Shown here in pieces: positions 1 to 9,380 of a DNA stretch of 64,000 nucleotides. Numbering within the stretch: position 1 is the stretch's first letter; every line of letters starts with the position of its first letter. A program made the position numbers and the translations under genes. This DNA comes from an uncultured Pelagibacteraceae bacterium (GTDB taxonomy: Bacteria > Pseudomonadota > Alphaproteobacteria > Pelagibacterales > Pelagibacteraceae), in assembly GCA_902599665.1 (NCBI GenBank), contig CACKGK010000002.1, positions 17,184 to 81,183 of the forward strand. Direction: 5' to 3'. The notes under the pieces are model-generated. The model saw only the letters and a list, made by a program, of their open reading frames with translations, ran no database searches and was not told the DNA's origin.

Positions 1-1
1 A

Positions 2-358
2 TATTCAATGGATGAGGGTTACACAAAAACTTTATCAATTGCACCAGAAGGTAAATTTCCTGTGAGAAGAGGAAATGCAAGTGATCCTGAAGCATTTACA
101 AAAGCATGGAGTAAATTACCTGTAGGAGTTGATAGAAAAGCACCTTTATCAGATTTATACTCTGAGGATGTTATTAATAACATTGTAGCTGGTTTAGACA
201 AAGCTACTAGATGGGGTGTTAAAGAAGGTGAACTCGCTAGAGCTTCTAAAATTATAAATAATAAGTTTATAAATAGAATAACTAGATTATACGTTGACGG
301 GCAGATTGATATTGATCAAGCAGTAGACATGATCAATCAAAAACTTGCTCAATTCTAG
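2..358 (+). CDS. Sugar ABC transporter substrate-binding protein, C-terminal part (5' truncated by window)
   Basis: Open frame from the window edge, directly upstream of two carbohydrate ABC permeases. Confidence 0.75.
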   Translation, partial: YSMDEGYTKTLSIAPEGKFPVRRGNASDPEAFTKAWSKLPVGVDRKAPLSDLYSEDVINNIVAGLDKATRWGVKEGELARASKIINNKFINRITRLYVDGQIDIDQAVDMINQKLAQF

Positions 359-374
359 ATTATAAAATAAATTT

Positions 375-412
375 TAATAAAAGCGGATAATGTGTATTAT
401 CCGCTTTTATTA
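375..412 (+). terminator. Perfect 17-bp inverted repeat (terminator or mRNA-stabilising hairpin)
   Basis: TAATAAAAGCGGATAAT-gtgt-ATTATCCGCTTTTATTA; the right arm ends on the A of the next ATG. Confidence 0.8.
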
Positions 413-1671
413 TGAGCGATACACTTTCAAAAATAGAAAAAAGAACTGCTTATATTTTATTATTACCTGCAGTTTTTCTTGTTTTTTCAATAATATTATT
501 TCCTATATTTGCTAATGTTTGGATTAGTTTTAAGGAAGTAGGTTTAAAAGATATAAGAATACCTGAACCAAGAGCAAAAAAAATAGTTAAATCAGTAAAA
601 GAAAGTCCTGATAAAATTAAAATAATTTATAAGTTAAGAAATAGTTCATTAATATTAGATATTAGGGATGTTATGTTTCAAGATAAGATCCCAAAAAATA
701 CTGAACCATTAAATTTGGATGAAAGATGTAAACTAAAATCATTAATAATAAATTGTAATTTTGGAGATTGGAAAGCTAAGTATAAAGAGAATTTTCAAAT
801 AATACTTGTCAACAAGTCAGGGAAGAAAATTGATAAAAAAGAAATTAAATCAATCAAACCAAAATTATCAGGTAAATCAGATAATATTCTTTTAAATACA
901 AATTTTACATTAAAAAATTTTAAAAAAGTTTTTTTTCAAAATGAATTTTTTGATTTATTGTCTACAACTTTTTATTATACTTTTTTTGGTACAGTAGGAT
1001 CAATAGTATTTGGAATTTTAGCAGCTCAGCTCGTAAACCAAAAATTTTTTGGAAGAACATTTATGAGAAGTATTCTTCTTTTTCCATATGTAGGACCTGT
1101 TGTAGCATTAGCTTATACGTGGGAACTATTATTGGATCCTTACAGTGGAACATTAAATAATCTATTGTTAAATTTTAAAGTTATTCAGGAACCTCTAAAT
1201 TTATTAGGTCAAAAATATTTAACTATTAATTTTTTTGGTTTTGATTTAAAGCTTAGACTTGCTTTAACAACTGTCATTATTTTTGAAATTTGGCGATACT
1301 TTCCATTAGCTTTTTTATTTATACTTGCTCGACTACAGGCTGTTCCAAAAGAATTATATGAGGCAGCAGATGTCGATGGAGCTGGACCGCTTCAAAAATT
1401 TATTAGTATAACACTGCCACAAATTATGGCTGTAATATCAATTTTGTTTATGATTAGATTTATTTGGAATTTTAACAAATTTGAAGATATTTTTTTACTT
1501 ACTGGAGGAGCTTCCGGTACTAGAACATTACCAATTAATGTTTATGAACAAGGTTTCACAATATCTGATATTGGAATGGGATCTGCTGTATCAATAGTTA
1601 TAGTTTTGCTTCTTTTAATATTTATGTTTATTTATTTTAGACTAATAGGAAGGCAAGCTGATGAAAATTAA
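412..1671 (+). CDS. Carbohydrate ABC permease (MalF-like) with large soluble insertion
   Basis: EAA loop ELYEAADVDGAG, multiple TM segments, LLTGG motif. Confidence 0.9.
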   Translation: MSDTLSKIEKRTAYILLLPAVFLVFSIILFPIFANVWISFKEVGLKDIRIPEPRAKKIVKSVKESPDKIKIIYKLRNSSLILDIRDVMFQDKIPKNTEPLNLDERCKLKSLIINCNFGDWKAKYKENFQIILVNKSGKKIDKKEIKSIKPKLSGKSDNILLNTNFTLKNFKKVFFQNEFFDLLSTTFYYTFFGTVGSIVFGILAAQLVNQKFFGRTFMRSILLFPYVGPVVALAYTWELLLDPYSGTLNNLLLNFKVIQEPLNLLGQKYLTINFFGFDLKLRLALTTVIIFEIWRYFPLAFLFILARLQAVPKELYEAADVDGAGPLQKFISITLPQIMAVISILFMIRFIWNFNKFEDIFLLTGGASGTRTLPINVYEQGFTISDIGMGSAVSIVIVLLLLIFMFIYFRLIGRQADEN

Positions 1672-2854
1672 AAGTCTAATATTATATTGTTTAATTTCAT
1701 CTATTTTTTTATTTTCCCTAGTCTCAATTTGGAAAGTTTTATCAACATTACAAGGAATAGATCTTAAAAATTTTAATTTCGCAATTATCCTAACTCTAGG
1801 AATTGGAATATCTCTAATAAATCTGATTGTTGGAGACAAGTTTCATAAAGCTATAAAGTCAATAATATTTGCAATTTTATTTACTTTTGTTGATGGATAT
1901 TTAGTCCAATTGATGCCTATTTGGTACAATATTGGCATCTTTGGGATTTTAATCTTTTACTCTTTTAAAATTGATAAATATAATCAAAAAAATTTAGACC
2001 TCGATCATTCATCTCAAACAGTTGTATTTGAATTTTTAACTCTTTTTGGAATTGTATTATTTTCTTTTGTAATTTTATTTCCATTTTACATGATGATAGT
2101 TACTAGCTTTAAAACACAAGCTGCACTGCTTATAAATCCTTTGGATTTTAGTATTAATTTTGCACAGGATATTAAAGAACTATTTAAATCTTACTTTATC
2201 ATATTTGATACTTACAAATTTGGGAGATATATACTTATCAGTACATTTGTATCAGTTGGAACAGTTATTGTTACTTTAATATTTGCTATTCCAGCAGCAT
2301 ACGCAGTTGCAAGACTAAATTTTTTTGGAAAAAACTTTTTGTCTACTTCAATATTAATTATTTATATGTTTCCTGCTATAGTTTTAGTAATACCTTTGTA
2401 TACAGTATTTAGTCAACTAGGGTTAAGAAATAATGTAGGTGGACTTTTAATAGTATATACAGCAACTACTTTGCCGGTTGCGATATATATGCTTCAAGGA
2501 TATTTCAAAAGTATACCTAAAGAATTAGAGGAAGCTGCTATTATGGATAAATTAAACTGGTTTAGAATTATTATAAAAATTATTTTACCATTAAGTATTC
2601 CTGCTATTTCCTCAGTTGCTCTTTATGTGTTTATGATTGCATGGAATGAATTCTTGTTTTCTTTAATGTTTCTAGATAATCCTAATTCATTTACTTTATC
2701 AAGAGCTATACAATATTTGAGTGGTGATGCAGAAACCCCTAGACAATATTTAATGGCAGGATCAGTTGTAGTCACTATTCCAGTTTTATTTATTTTTGTT
2801 TATTTTGAAAAATATTTAGTAAGTGGATTAACTGCCGGAAGTGTTAAGGGTTAA
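1661..2854 (+). CDS. Carbohydrate ABC permease (MalG-like) with N-terminal membrane extension
   Basis: IPKELEEAAIMD, AWNEFLF, C-terminal GLTAGSVKG. Confidence 0.9.
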   Translation: MKIKSLILYCLISSIFLFSLVSIWKVLSTLQGIDLKNFNFAIILTLGIGISLINLIVGDKFHKAIKSIIFAILFTFVDGYLVQLMPIWYNIGIFGILIFYSFKIDKYNQKNLDLDHSSQTVVFEFLTLFGIVLFSFVILFPFYMMIVTSFKTQAALLINPLDFSINFAQDIKELFKSYFIIFDTYKFGRYILISTFVSVGTVIVTLIFAIPAAYAVARLNFFGKNFLSTSILIIYMFPAIVLVIPLYTVFSQLGLRNNVGGLLIVYTATTLPVAIYMLQGYFKSIPKELEEAAIMDKLNWFRIIIKIILPLSIPAISSVALYVFMIAWNEFLFSLMFLDNPNSFTLSRAIQYLSGDAETPRQYLMAGSVVVTIPVLFIFVYFEKYLVSGLTAGSVKG

Positions 2855-4119
2855 TGAAAAAATTTATTAATTCAGCAAAAAAAGTTTTATTAGGTAATAA
2901 AAAAAAGGGATATACTTTACCAACCAATAATAAGTTATACCCAGCCCAATGGAATTGGGACTCTGGATTCATAGCTTTAGGTTATTCACATTTTAAACTT
3001 AAATATGCTTTAGATGAATTAAATACACTTATTAGAGGTCAATGGAAAGATGGAATGATACCACATATTTTGTTTCATGATTTAAATACTAATTATTATC
3101 CAAACCATTCTGTTTGGGCCTGTGGAAATAAAATTCATTCATCTGGAATTACCCAACCTCCTATTTTGGCAATAATAATTAAGTTAATTTTAGATAAAAA
3201 TAAAATTAAAAAAGAAAAAGCTGAATTTAAAAAAATTATTAAAGGTGTTTTAAAATATCACAAATGGTTCATTAAATTTAGAGACCCAAATAATTCAGGA
3301 TTAGTCTCAATTTTACATCCATGGGAGAGTGGATATGACAATTCACCTCTATGGGATGATCCGATGAGTAAAGTAAAAATTCCAAAGGATTTAAAATACA
3401 AAAGAGGTGATAACAAAGTGGTTAACCCTGAATACAGACCCTTAGACATTGATTATGATAGATACGTAACAATTAAAAATCACTTAAGAAAAAATAATTA
3501 CAATCCAAACAAACTTTTCAAAGCTTCGTTATTTAATGTTGTTGATGTTGGATTTAATTCGATATTTTTGAGGGCGAATAAAGATCTTGTAAAACTATTA
3601 AAAATGTTTGATTTGAAAAGTAATGAAATAGATTCTTATATTTCAAGGTCTGAGAAAAAAATTGTTAAACTATATAATAAAAAGAGTAACAATTTTTCTA
3701 ATCTTGATTTAAAAAATAAAAAAAAAATAACCATCCCATCTATCACAAATTATTTTATTTTATTTGCTGATTTAAAAGATAAAAAATTAAATAATAATAT
3801 TATCAAAAACCTAAAAAAACATAGCAAAAAAGAAAAATATTTTTTTTCAAGTATAAAATCAAATCATAGAAAATTTGAAGAAAAAAGATATTGGAGAGGC
3901 CCAGTGTGGATAAACTGTAATTGGATTATCTATCAAGGATTAAAAAATAAAGATAATAGATTTGCAAATCAAATCAAAAAGAAAACAATTGATCTTGTAA
4001 AACAAAAAGGTTTTAATGAATATTTTAGTTGTAAAACTGGAAAAGGATTTGGCGCAACCAACTTTTCATGGACTGCATCCTTATTTTTAGATTTAATTTT
4101 AGAAAATAAATATGAGTAA
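2854..4119 (+). CDS. GH63-like glycoside hydrolase (glucosylglycerate/mannosylglycerate hydrolase type)
   Basis: YPAQWNWDS, GITQPP, HPWESGYDNSP, YWRGPVWIN, FSWTA motifs. Confidence 0.85.
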   Translation: MKKFINSAKKVLLGNKKKGYTLPTNNKLYPAQWNWDSGFIALGYSHFKLKYALDELNTLIRGQWKDGMIPHILFHDLNTNYYPNHSVWACGNKIHSSGITQPPILAIIIKLILDKNKIKKEKAEFKKIIKGVLKYHKWFIKFRDPNNSGLVSILHPWESGYDNSPLWDDPMSKVKIPKDLKYKRGDNKVVNPEYRPLDIDYDRYVTIKNHLRKNNYNPNKLFKASLFNVVDVGFNSIFLRANKDLVKLLKMFDLKSNEIDSYISRSEKKIVKLYNKKSNNFSNLDLKNKKKITIPSITNYFILFADLKDKKLNNNIIKNLKKHSKKEKYFFSSIKSNHRKFEEKRYWRGPVWINCNWIIYQGLKNKDNRFANQIKKKTIDLVKQKGFNEYFSCKTGKGFGATNFSWTASLFLDLILENKYE

Positions 4120-5272
4120 TTATAATTGGAATTATCCTACTACTATCTGGGTTGGCAAAGATAGAATAAAAGATCTTTATTTGGCCTGTTTAAATTTAAA
4201 AATTCAAAATCCTTTATTTGTGACCGATAAGGATTTGATAAACTTACCAATGGTAAAAGAGGTAATTTCAAAAATTAAAAATAAAATTGATAATATAGAA
4301 GTTTTCTCTGATTTTTCAGGAAATCCTTTTGGTGAGAATGTTGAAGAAGGCGTTAAAGAATTTAAGAAAAATAATTGCGATGGGGTAATTGCTTTTGGAG
4401 GCGGAAGCGGACTTGATGTGGGAAAAGCAATTGCATTTATGTCTGCACAAACAAGACCTATATGGGACTTTGAGGATATTGGTGATTATTGGAAAAGAGC
4501 TGATGAAAAAAATATCTCTCCAATAATTGCAATTCCAACAACTGCTGGAACTGGCTCAGAAACAGGAAGAGCTTCTGCAATAATTAATAAAGATACTGGA
4601 ATTAAAAAAATAATTTTCCATCCAAAATTTTTACCATCAATAGTTATTTTAGACCCGATTTTAACAAAAGATCTCTCTCCACGATTAACAGGAGCAACAG
4701 GCATGGATGCATTAGCACACAATTTAGAGGCATTTTGTGCACCAGGCTTTCATCCTATGGCAGATGGTATTGCAATTGAAGGAATGAGGTTGATAAAAAA
4801 ATCTCTTTTAAAATCTGTGAAGAATGGAAGTGATTTAGATGCTAGATCTGATTTGTTAGCTGCTGCAAGTATGGGATCTACTGCATTTCAAAAAGGCTTA
4901 GGAGCTATTCATTCACTAAGCCATCCACTTAATGCTCAATTTAATATTCATCACGGATTATCTAATGCAATATTTATGCCTTATGTTTTAACTTTTAATA
5001 AGGAAAATATTGAGGAAAGAATTATTTCTATTTGTGATTATCTTAACTTAAGTAAAAGTTTTGATGCTTTTCTTGAGTGGATACTAGAGCTAAGAAAAGA
5101 ATTGAATATTCCGCATAAACTATCAGATGTAATAGAAACAAATAAAATGAACTTAAATGATTTATCAAAGATGGCTTTTGAGGATCCTTCAACATCCTCA
5201 AACCCAAAAAAATTGACTATAAATGATATGAAAGTTATGTATGAGCATAGTATTTTGGGAAAATTATTTTGA
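4112..5272 (+). CDS. Iron-containing alcohol dehydrogenase
   Basis: GGGSGLD, PTTAGTGSE, DALAH, HSLSH...HHG metal ligands. Confidence 0.92.
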   Translation: MSNYNWNYPTTIWVGKDRIKDLYLACLNLKIQNPLFVTDKDLINLPMVKEVISKIKNKIDNIEVFSDFSGNPFGENVEEGVKEFKKNNCDGVIAFGGGSGLDVGKAIAFMSAQTRPIWDFEDIGDYWKRADEKNISPIIAIPTTAGTGSETGRASAIINKDTGIKKIIFHPKFLPSIVILDPILTKDLSPRLTGATGMDALAHNLEAFCAPGFHPMADGIAIEGMRLIKKSLLKSVKNGSDLDARSDLLAAASMGSTAFQKGLGAIHSLSHPLNAQFNIHHGLSNAIFMPYVLTFNKENIEERIISICDYLNLSKSFDAFLEWILELRKELNIPHKLSDVIETNKMNLNDLSKMAFEDPSTSSNPKKLTINDMKVMYEHSILGKLF

Positions 5273-6057
5273 TGAAAAAAATATTAATAGTTGAGGGAAA
5301 TTTAAGAGAAGAGAATCAGAGTTTTACTGATGGTGGAATTAAAACACATACAGAAAGTCTAAAAGATAGCATAGCCTATTTTACCGATAAAATTGAAATA
5401 GATGTTGTAAACCCCTCATCCGATAAAAATATTTCTGAAAAAGTAACAGATCTCTATAAATATGATGGACTGATATGGGGAGGAAGTAGTCTAAATATTT
5501 ATAATGACACTATTGAAATAAGAAGACAGATCGAATTTATGAGAGAGTGTCAAAAAAAAATTAAAAAAATATTAGCTATTTGCTGGGGACTTCAGGTTGC
5601 TGTTACAGTAGCAGGAGGGCAGGTAAAGAGATGTACAAACGGATCTCACAGAGGCATAGCACTTAATATTGAAATAAATAATGATGGATTACAACATCCA
5701 ATATATAAAAATAAAGGTAAAATTTTTAATACACCCGCTTTTAATTTTGATGAAGTTGCAACATTACCAAAAAATTCAAAATTGCTAGCCTCAAACCCTA
5801 TAAATAAAGTTATGGGAGTTAATTTTCAATCTGTAGCAAGTGATATTTGGGGTATTCAATATCATCCTGAAATAACTTACGATAAAATGATAAGCCTTAT
5901 ACATTTCAGGAAAGAACGTCTTTTAAACAATAATGCTTTTGTTGATGAGCAAGAGATAAATAATCATGTAAGAATGATTGCAGAAGAAGATAAGATTACA
6001 AATAAAGATCTTAGAATGCGAGAACTTGAAAATTGGTTAAATTATCTTTTAAAATAA
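5272..6057 (+). CDS. Class I glutamine amidotransferase-like protein
   Basis: ICWGLQ nucleophile and QYHPE His-Glu; ATG overlaps upstream TGA. Confidence 0.85.
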   Translation: MKKILIVEGNLREENQSFTDGGIKTHTESLKDSIAYFTDKIEIDVVNPSSDKNISEKVTDLYKYDGLIWGGSSLNIYNDTIEIRRQIEFMRECQKKIKKILAICWGLQVAVTVAGGQVKRCTNGSHRGIALNIEINNDGLQHPIYKNKGKIFNTPAFNFDEVATLPKNSKLLASNPINKVMGVNFQSVASDIWGIQYHPEITYDKMISLIHFRKERLLNNNAFVDEQEINNHVRMIAEEDKITNKDLRMRELENWLNYLLK

Positions 6058-7725
6058 ACCTTCTGTTTCACCTTTATCATTAATTTTTATTTTATCTGCA
6101 GCTGGCACCTTTGGTAACCCAGGCATAGTCATTATTGCACCGCAAACAACTACGATAAATTCTGCTCCTGATGATAACCTTACTTCTCTTATTGGTAGGA
6201 CATGTCCAGATGGTGCACCTTTTAAATTAGGGTCTGTAGAAAAACTATATTGTGTCTTTGCAATACAAATTGGCAAGGATTGGTAACCTGTCTCTTCAAA
6301 ATTTTTTAATTGTTCTCTTATTTTGGTGTCCGCTACAACTTCACTTGCTCTATATAATTCCTTAGCAATCGTCTCAATTTTTTTAAACAATGATATTTTA
6401 TCATCGTATAAAAATTTGAAGTCACTTTCTTTTTCACATAGTTCAGCAACATTGTTTGCTAAATCTACTGCTCCTTCTCCACCTTTTTCCCAATGTTTTG
6501 ATATTGATGCTGTTACACCTTTTTGTTGACAAAATTTTATAACTTCATCGACCTCTTTGTCTGTATCCAAAACAAAGTGATTAATAGCTACAGTAACAGG
6601 TAAGCCAAATTTTTGAATATTTTCAATATGTCTATCTAAATTCACCAATCCTTTTTTTACAGCATCTATATTTTCATTTTTAAGATCATCTTTGTTAACA
6701 CCACCGTGCATTTTTAATGCTCTAATAGTTGCTACAATCACCACACAACTCGGTTTTAATCCTGATTTTCTACATTTTATATCTAAGAATTTTTCAGCAC
6801 CTAGATCGGCACCAAATCCTGCTTCAGTAACGACATAGTCTGATAGTTTTAATGCAGTTTTAGTTGCTAATACAGAATTACAACCATGCGCAATATTAGC
6901 GAAAGGACCTCCATGGATTATTGCGGGATTATTTTCTAAAGTTTGAGTTACATTTGGTCTAATTGCGTCTTTTAACAAAACAGTCATTGGACCATGTGCA
7001 TTTAAATCTTTTGCATAAATTGGTTTTTTATCTCTTGTGTAAGCAACAGTTATATTTCCAATTCTATTTTCAAGATCATGTAGATCATTAGATAAACAAA
7101 AGATCGCCATGATTTCGGATGCAACTGTGATATCAAAACCATCTTCTCTTGGGAAACCATTTGCAACCCCACCAAGATTAATATTGATAGATCTTAATGC
7201 TCGATCATTCATATCAAGCACTCTTTTCCAAACTATTCTTCTCACATCTATATTTAATTTATTTCCCCAATAAATATGGTTATCTATTAAAGCAGATAAT
7301 AGATTGTGAGCAGAAGTGATTGCGTGAAAGTCACCTGTGAAATGAAGATTTATTTGTTCCATAGGAACAACTTGTGCATAACCACCACCAGCCGCACCAC
7401 CTTTCATTCCAAATGAAGGACCTAAACTTGGCTCTCTTAAACAAACAATAGATTTTTTACCTATTTTATTTAATCCATCTGACAATCCCACTGAGGTGGT
7501 TGTTTTTCCTTCTCCAGCTGGAGTAGGAGTAATTGCTGTAACTAATATTAATTTTCCGTCTTTTTTATTTTTAAATTTTTCAAGATATTCCAGTTTGATC
7601 TTAGCTATGTATCTACTTATTGGACTATATGCCTCAGCATTATCTGGAACACCAACTTCATCCAAAATCTCTTGAATTGGTTTCATATTTGCTTCTCTTG
7701 CAATTTGGATATCTGTTTTTGACAT
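6049..7725 (-). CDS. fhs: Formate--tetrahydrofolate ligase
   Basis: [42 protein letters not shown]; start placed at MSKTDIQ. Confidence 0.97.
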   Translation of the reverse strand: MSKTDIQIAREANMKPIQEILDEVGVPDNAEAYSPISRYIAKIKLEYLEKFKNKKDGKLILVTAITPTPAGEGKTTTSVGLSDGLNKIGKKSIVCLREPSLGPSFGMKGGAAGGGYAQVVPMEQINLHFTGDFHAITSAHNLLSALIDNHIYWGNKLNIDVRRIVWKRVLDMNDRALRSININLGGVANGFPREDGFDITVASEIMAIFCLSNDLHDLENRIGNITVAYTRDKKPIYAKDLNAHGPMTVLLKDAIRPNVTQTLENNPAIIHGGPFANIAHGCNSVLATKTALKLSDYVVTEAGFGADLGAEKFLDIKCRKSGLKPSCVVIVATIRALKMHGGVNKDDLKNENIDAVKKGLVNLDRHIENIQKFGLPVTVAINHFVLDTDKEVDEVIKFCQQKGVTASISKHWEKGGEGAVDLANNVAELCEKESDFKFLYDDKISLFKKIETIAKELYRASEVVADTKIREQLKNFEETGYQSLPICIAKTQYSFSTDPNLKGAPSGHVLPIREVRLSSGAEFIVVVCGAIMTMPGLPKVPAADKIKINDKGETEGLF

Positions 7726-7853
7726 TTGGTTTAAAACCTTTAATAAATTAATGTGCAAAATTTCTATACTTTTTTAATAGGATTTTAAACATCTAAAAAA
7801 TATATATATAAAAAATAAGAATAAATTTAAGTTTAATTAGATAAAATTACAAA

Positions 7854-9110
7854 ATGCAAAAATACTCAGTTTTTAGTCTAATAAAAAATGCATTCTCAGA
7901 TCATCAAAATTGGGAAGTTGCATGGAAAGACCCAACTCCTAAAAAAGAATATGATGTAATTATCATTGGCGGGGGAGGTCATGGATTAGCAACCGCATAT
8001 TACTTAGCAAAAGAACACAACATTACAAATGTTGCTATCATTGAAAAAGGTTGGATAGGTGGAGGAAACGTTGGAAGGAATACTACAATTATTAGGTCTA
8101 ATTACATGCATGATGAGAATGGTTTGTTTAGTGAATTTGGTATGGACCTATGGAGAAAGATGAGCCAAGATTTAAATTACAATGTAATGTTTTCTCCAAG
8201 AGGAATAATTAATCTTGCTCACTCAGATGCACAAATGAATGCCTATTCAAGAAGGGGAAATTCGATGCGTTTGAACGGCATTGATGCGGTTTTGTTAAAT
8301 AGAGAAGAGGTTCAAAAGTTAATTCCAATGGCAGACTTTTCTGACAATGTAAGATTTCCAATTTTTGGAGGTTTGATGCAACCAAGTGCTGGAACAGCAA
8401 GACACGATGCTGTTGCCTGGGGTTATGCGAGACAAGCAGACTCTATGGGTGTTGATATAATTCAGAATTGTGAAGTTACGGGATTTGACGTCTCAAATGG
8501 AAAAATTCTTGGAGTAAGAACTTCTAAAGGAGATATTAAAGCAAAGAAAGTTGGTTTATGTGTTGCAGGAAGTACAAATATTTTGGCAGAAATGTTAAAT
8601 ATGACTTTACCAATTGAAACTCACTTGCTTCAAGCATGTGTTTCAGAGCCTATTAAACCTTTGCTTGATCATGTTGTTACATTTGGTGCAGGACATTTTT
8701 ATTGTAGCCAATCAGATAAAGGGGAAATGGTTATGGGTGGAGACTTAGATGGATATAATAGTTATTCTCAAAGAGGAAACCTACCAACTCTTCAACATGT
8801 TTTAACAGAAGGGATTGCGATGTTTCCATTTCTTAGCAAATTAAAAATGTTAAGAACTTGGGGTGGAATAATGGATATGTCCATGGATGGATCGCCAATT
8901 ATTGATAAAACGCACATTAATGGATTATATTTAAATTGTGGTTGGTGCTATGGTGGATTTAAGGCAACCCCAGCTTCCGGGTGGACTTTTGCACATACAA
9001 TTGCTCAAGATAGAGTTCATGATTTAAATGCTGGTTATAGCCTCAACAGATTTAGCACTGGAAATTTAATTGATGAAAAAGGCCTAGGAACTAAAACCTG
9101 GATATCATAA
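7854..9110 (+). CDS. soxB: Heterotetrameric sarcosine oxidase family, beta subunit
   Basis: GGGGHGLATAYYLA, GRNTTIIRSNY, ARHDAVAWGYA. Confidence 0.93.
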   Translation: MQKYSVFSLIKNAFSDHQNWEVAWKDPTPKKEYDVIIIGGGGHGLATAYYLAKEHNITNVAIIEKGWIGGGNVGRNTTIIRSNYMHDENGLFSEFGMDLWRKMSQDLNYNVMFSPRGIINLAHSDAQMNAYSRRGNSMRLNGIDAVLLNREEVQKLIPMADFSDNVRFPIFGGLMQPSAGTARHDAVAWGYARQADSMGVDIIQNCEVTGFDVSNGKILGVRTSKGDIKAKKVGLCVAGSTNILAEMLNMTLPIETHLLQACVSEPIKPLLDHVVTFGAGHFYCSQSDKGEMVMGGDLDGYNSYSQRGNLPTLQHVLTEGIAMFPFLSKLKMLRTWGGIMDMSMDGSPIIDKTHINGLYLNCGWCYGGFKATPASGWTFAHTIAQDRVHDLNAGYSLNRFSTGNLIDEKGLGTKTWIS

Positions 9111-9380
9111 ATGTTATATATCAACTGTCCACATTGTGGACTTAGATCTCAGAATGAATTTGCTTATGGCGGAGATGCAACAGTAAAGCGTCCTGAGCTA
9201 AATAAAGAAATAAGCGATCAAGAATGGGATAATTTTGTATACTTAAGAAAAAGTCCAAGAGGAAAACATTTAGAATTATGGCATCATGTTTCTGGATGTA
9301 GACAATGGATTAAAGTTGAGAGAGATACATCAACTCACGAAATTTTTAAAACTTATAAAGCAAACGAAGCAATAGAATAA
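9111..9380 (+). CDS. soxD: Sarcosine oxidase delta subunit
   Basis: CPHCG...H..GC zinc motif; position in operon. Confidence 0.93.
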   Translation: MLYINCPHCGLRSQNEFAYGGDATVKRPELNKEISDQEWDNFVYLRKSPRGKHLELWHHVSGCRQWIKVERDTSTHEIFKTYKANEAIE

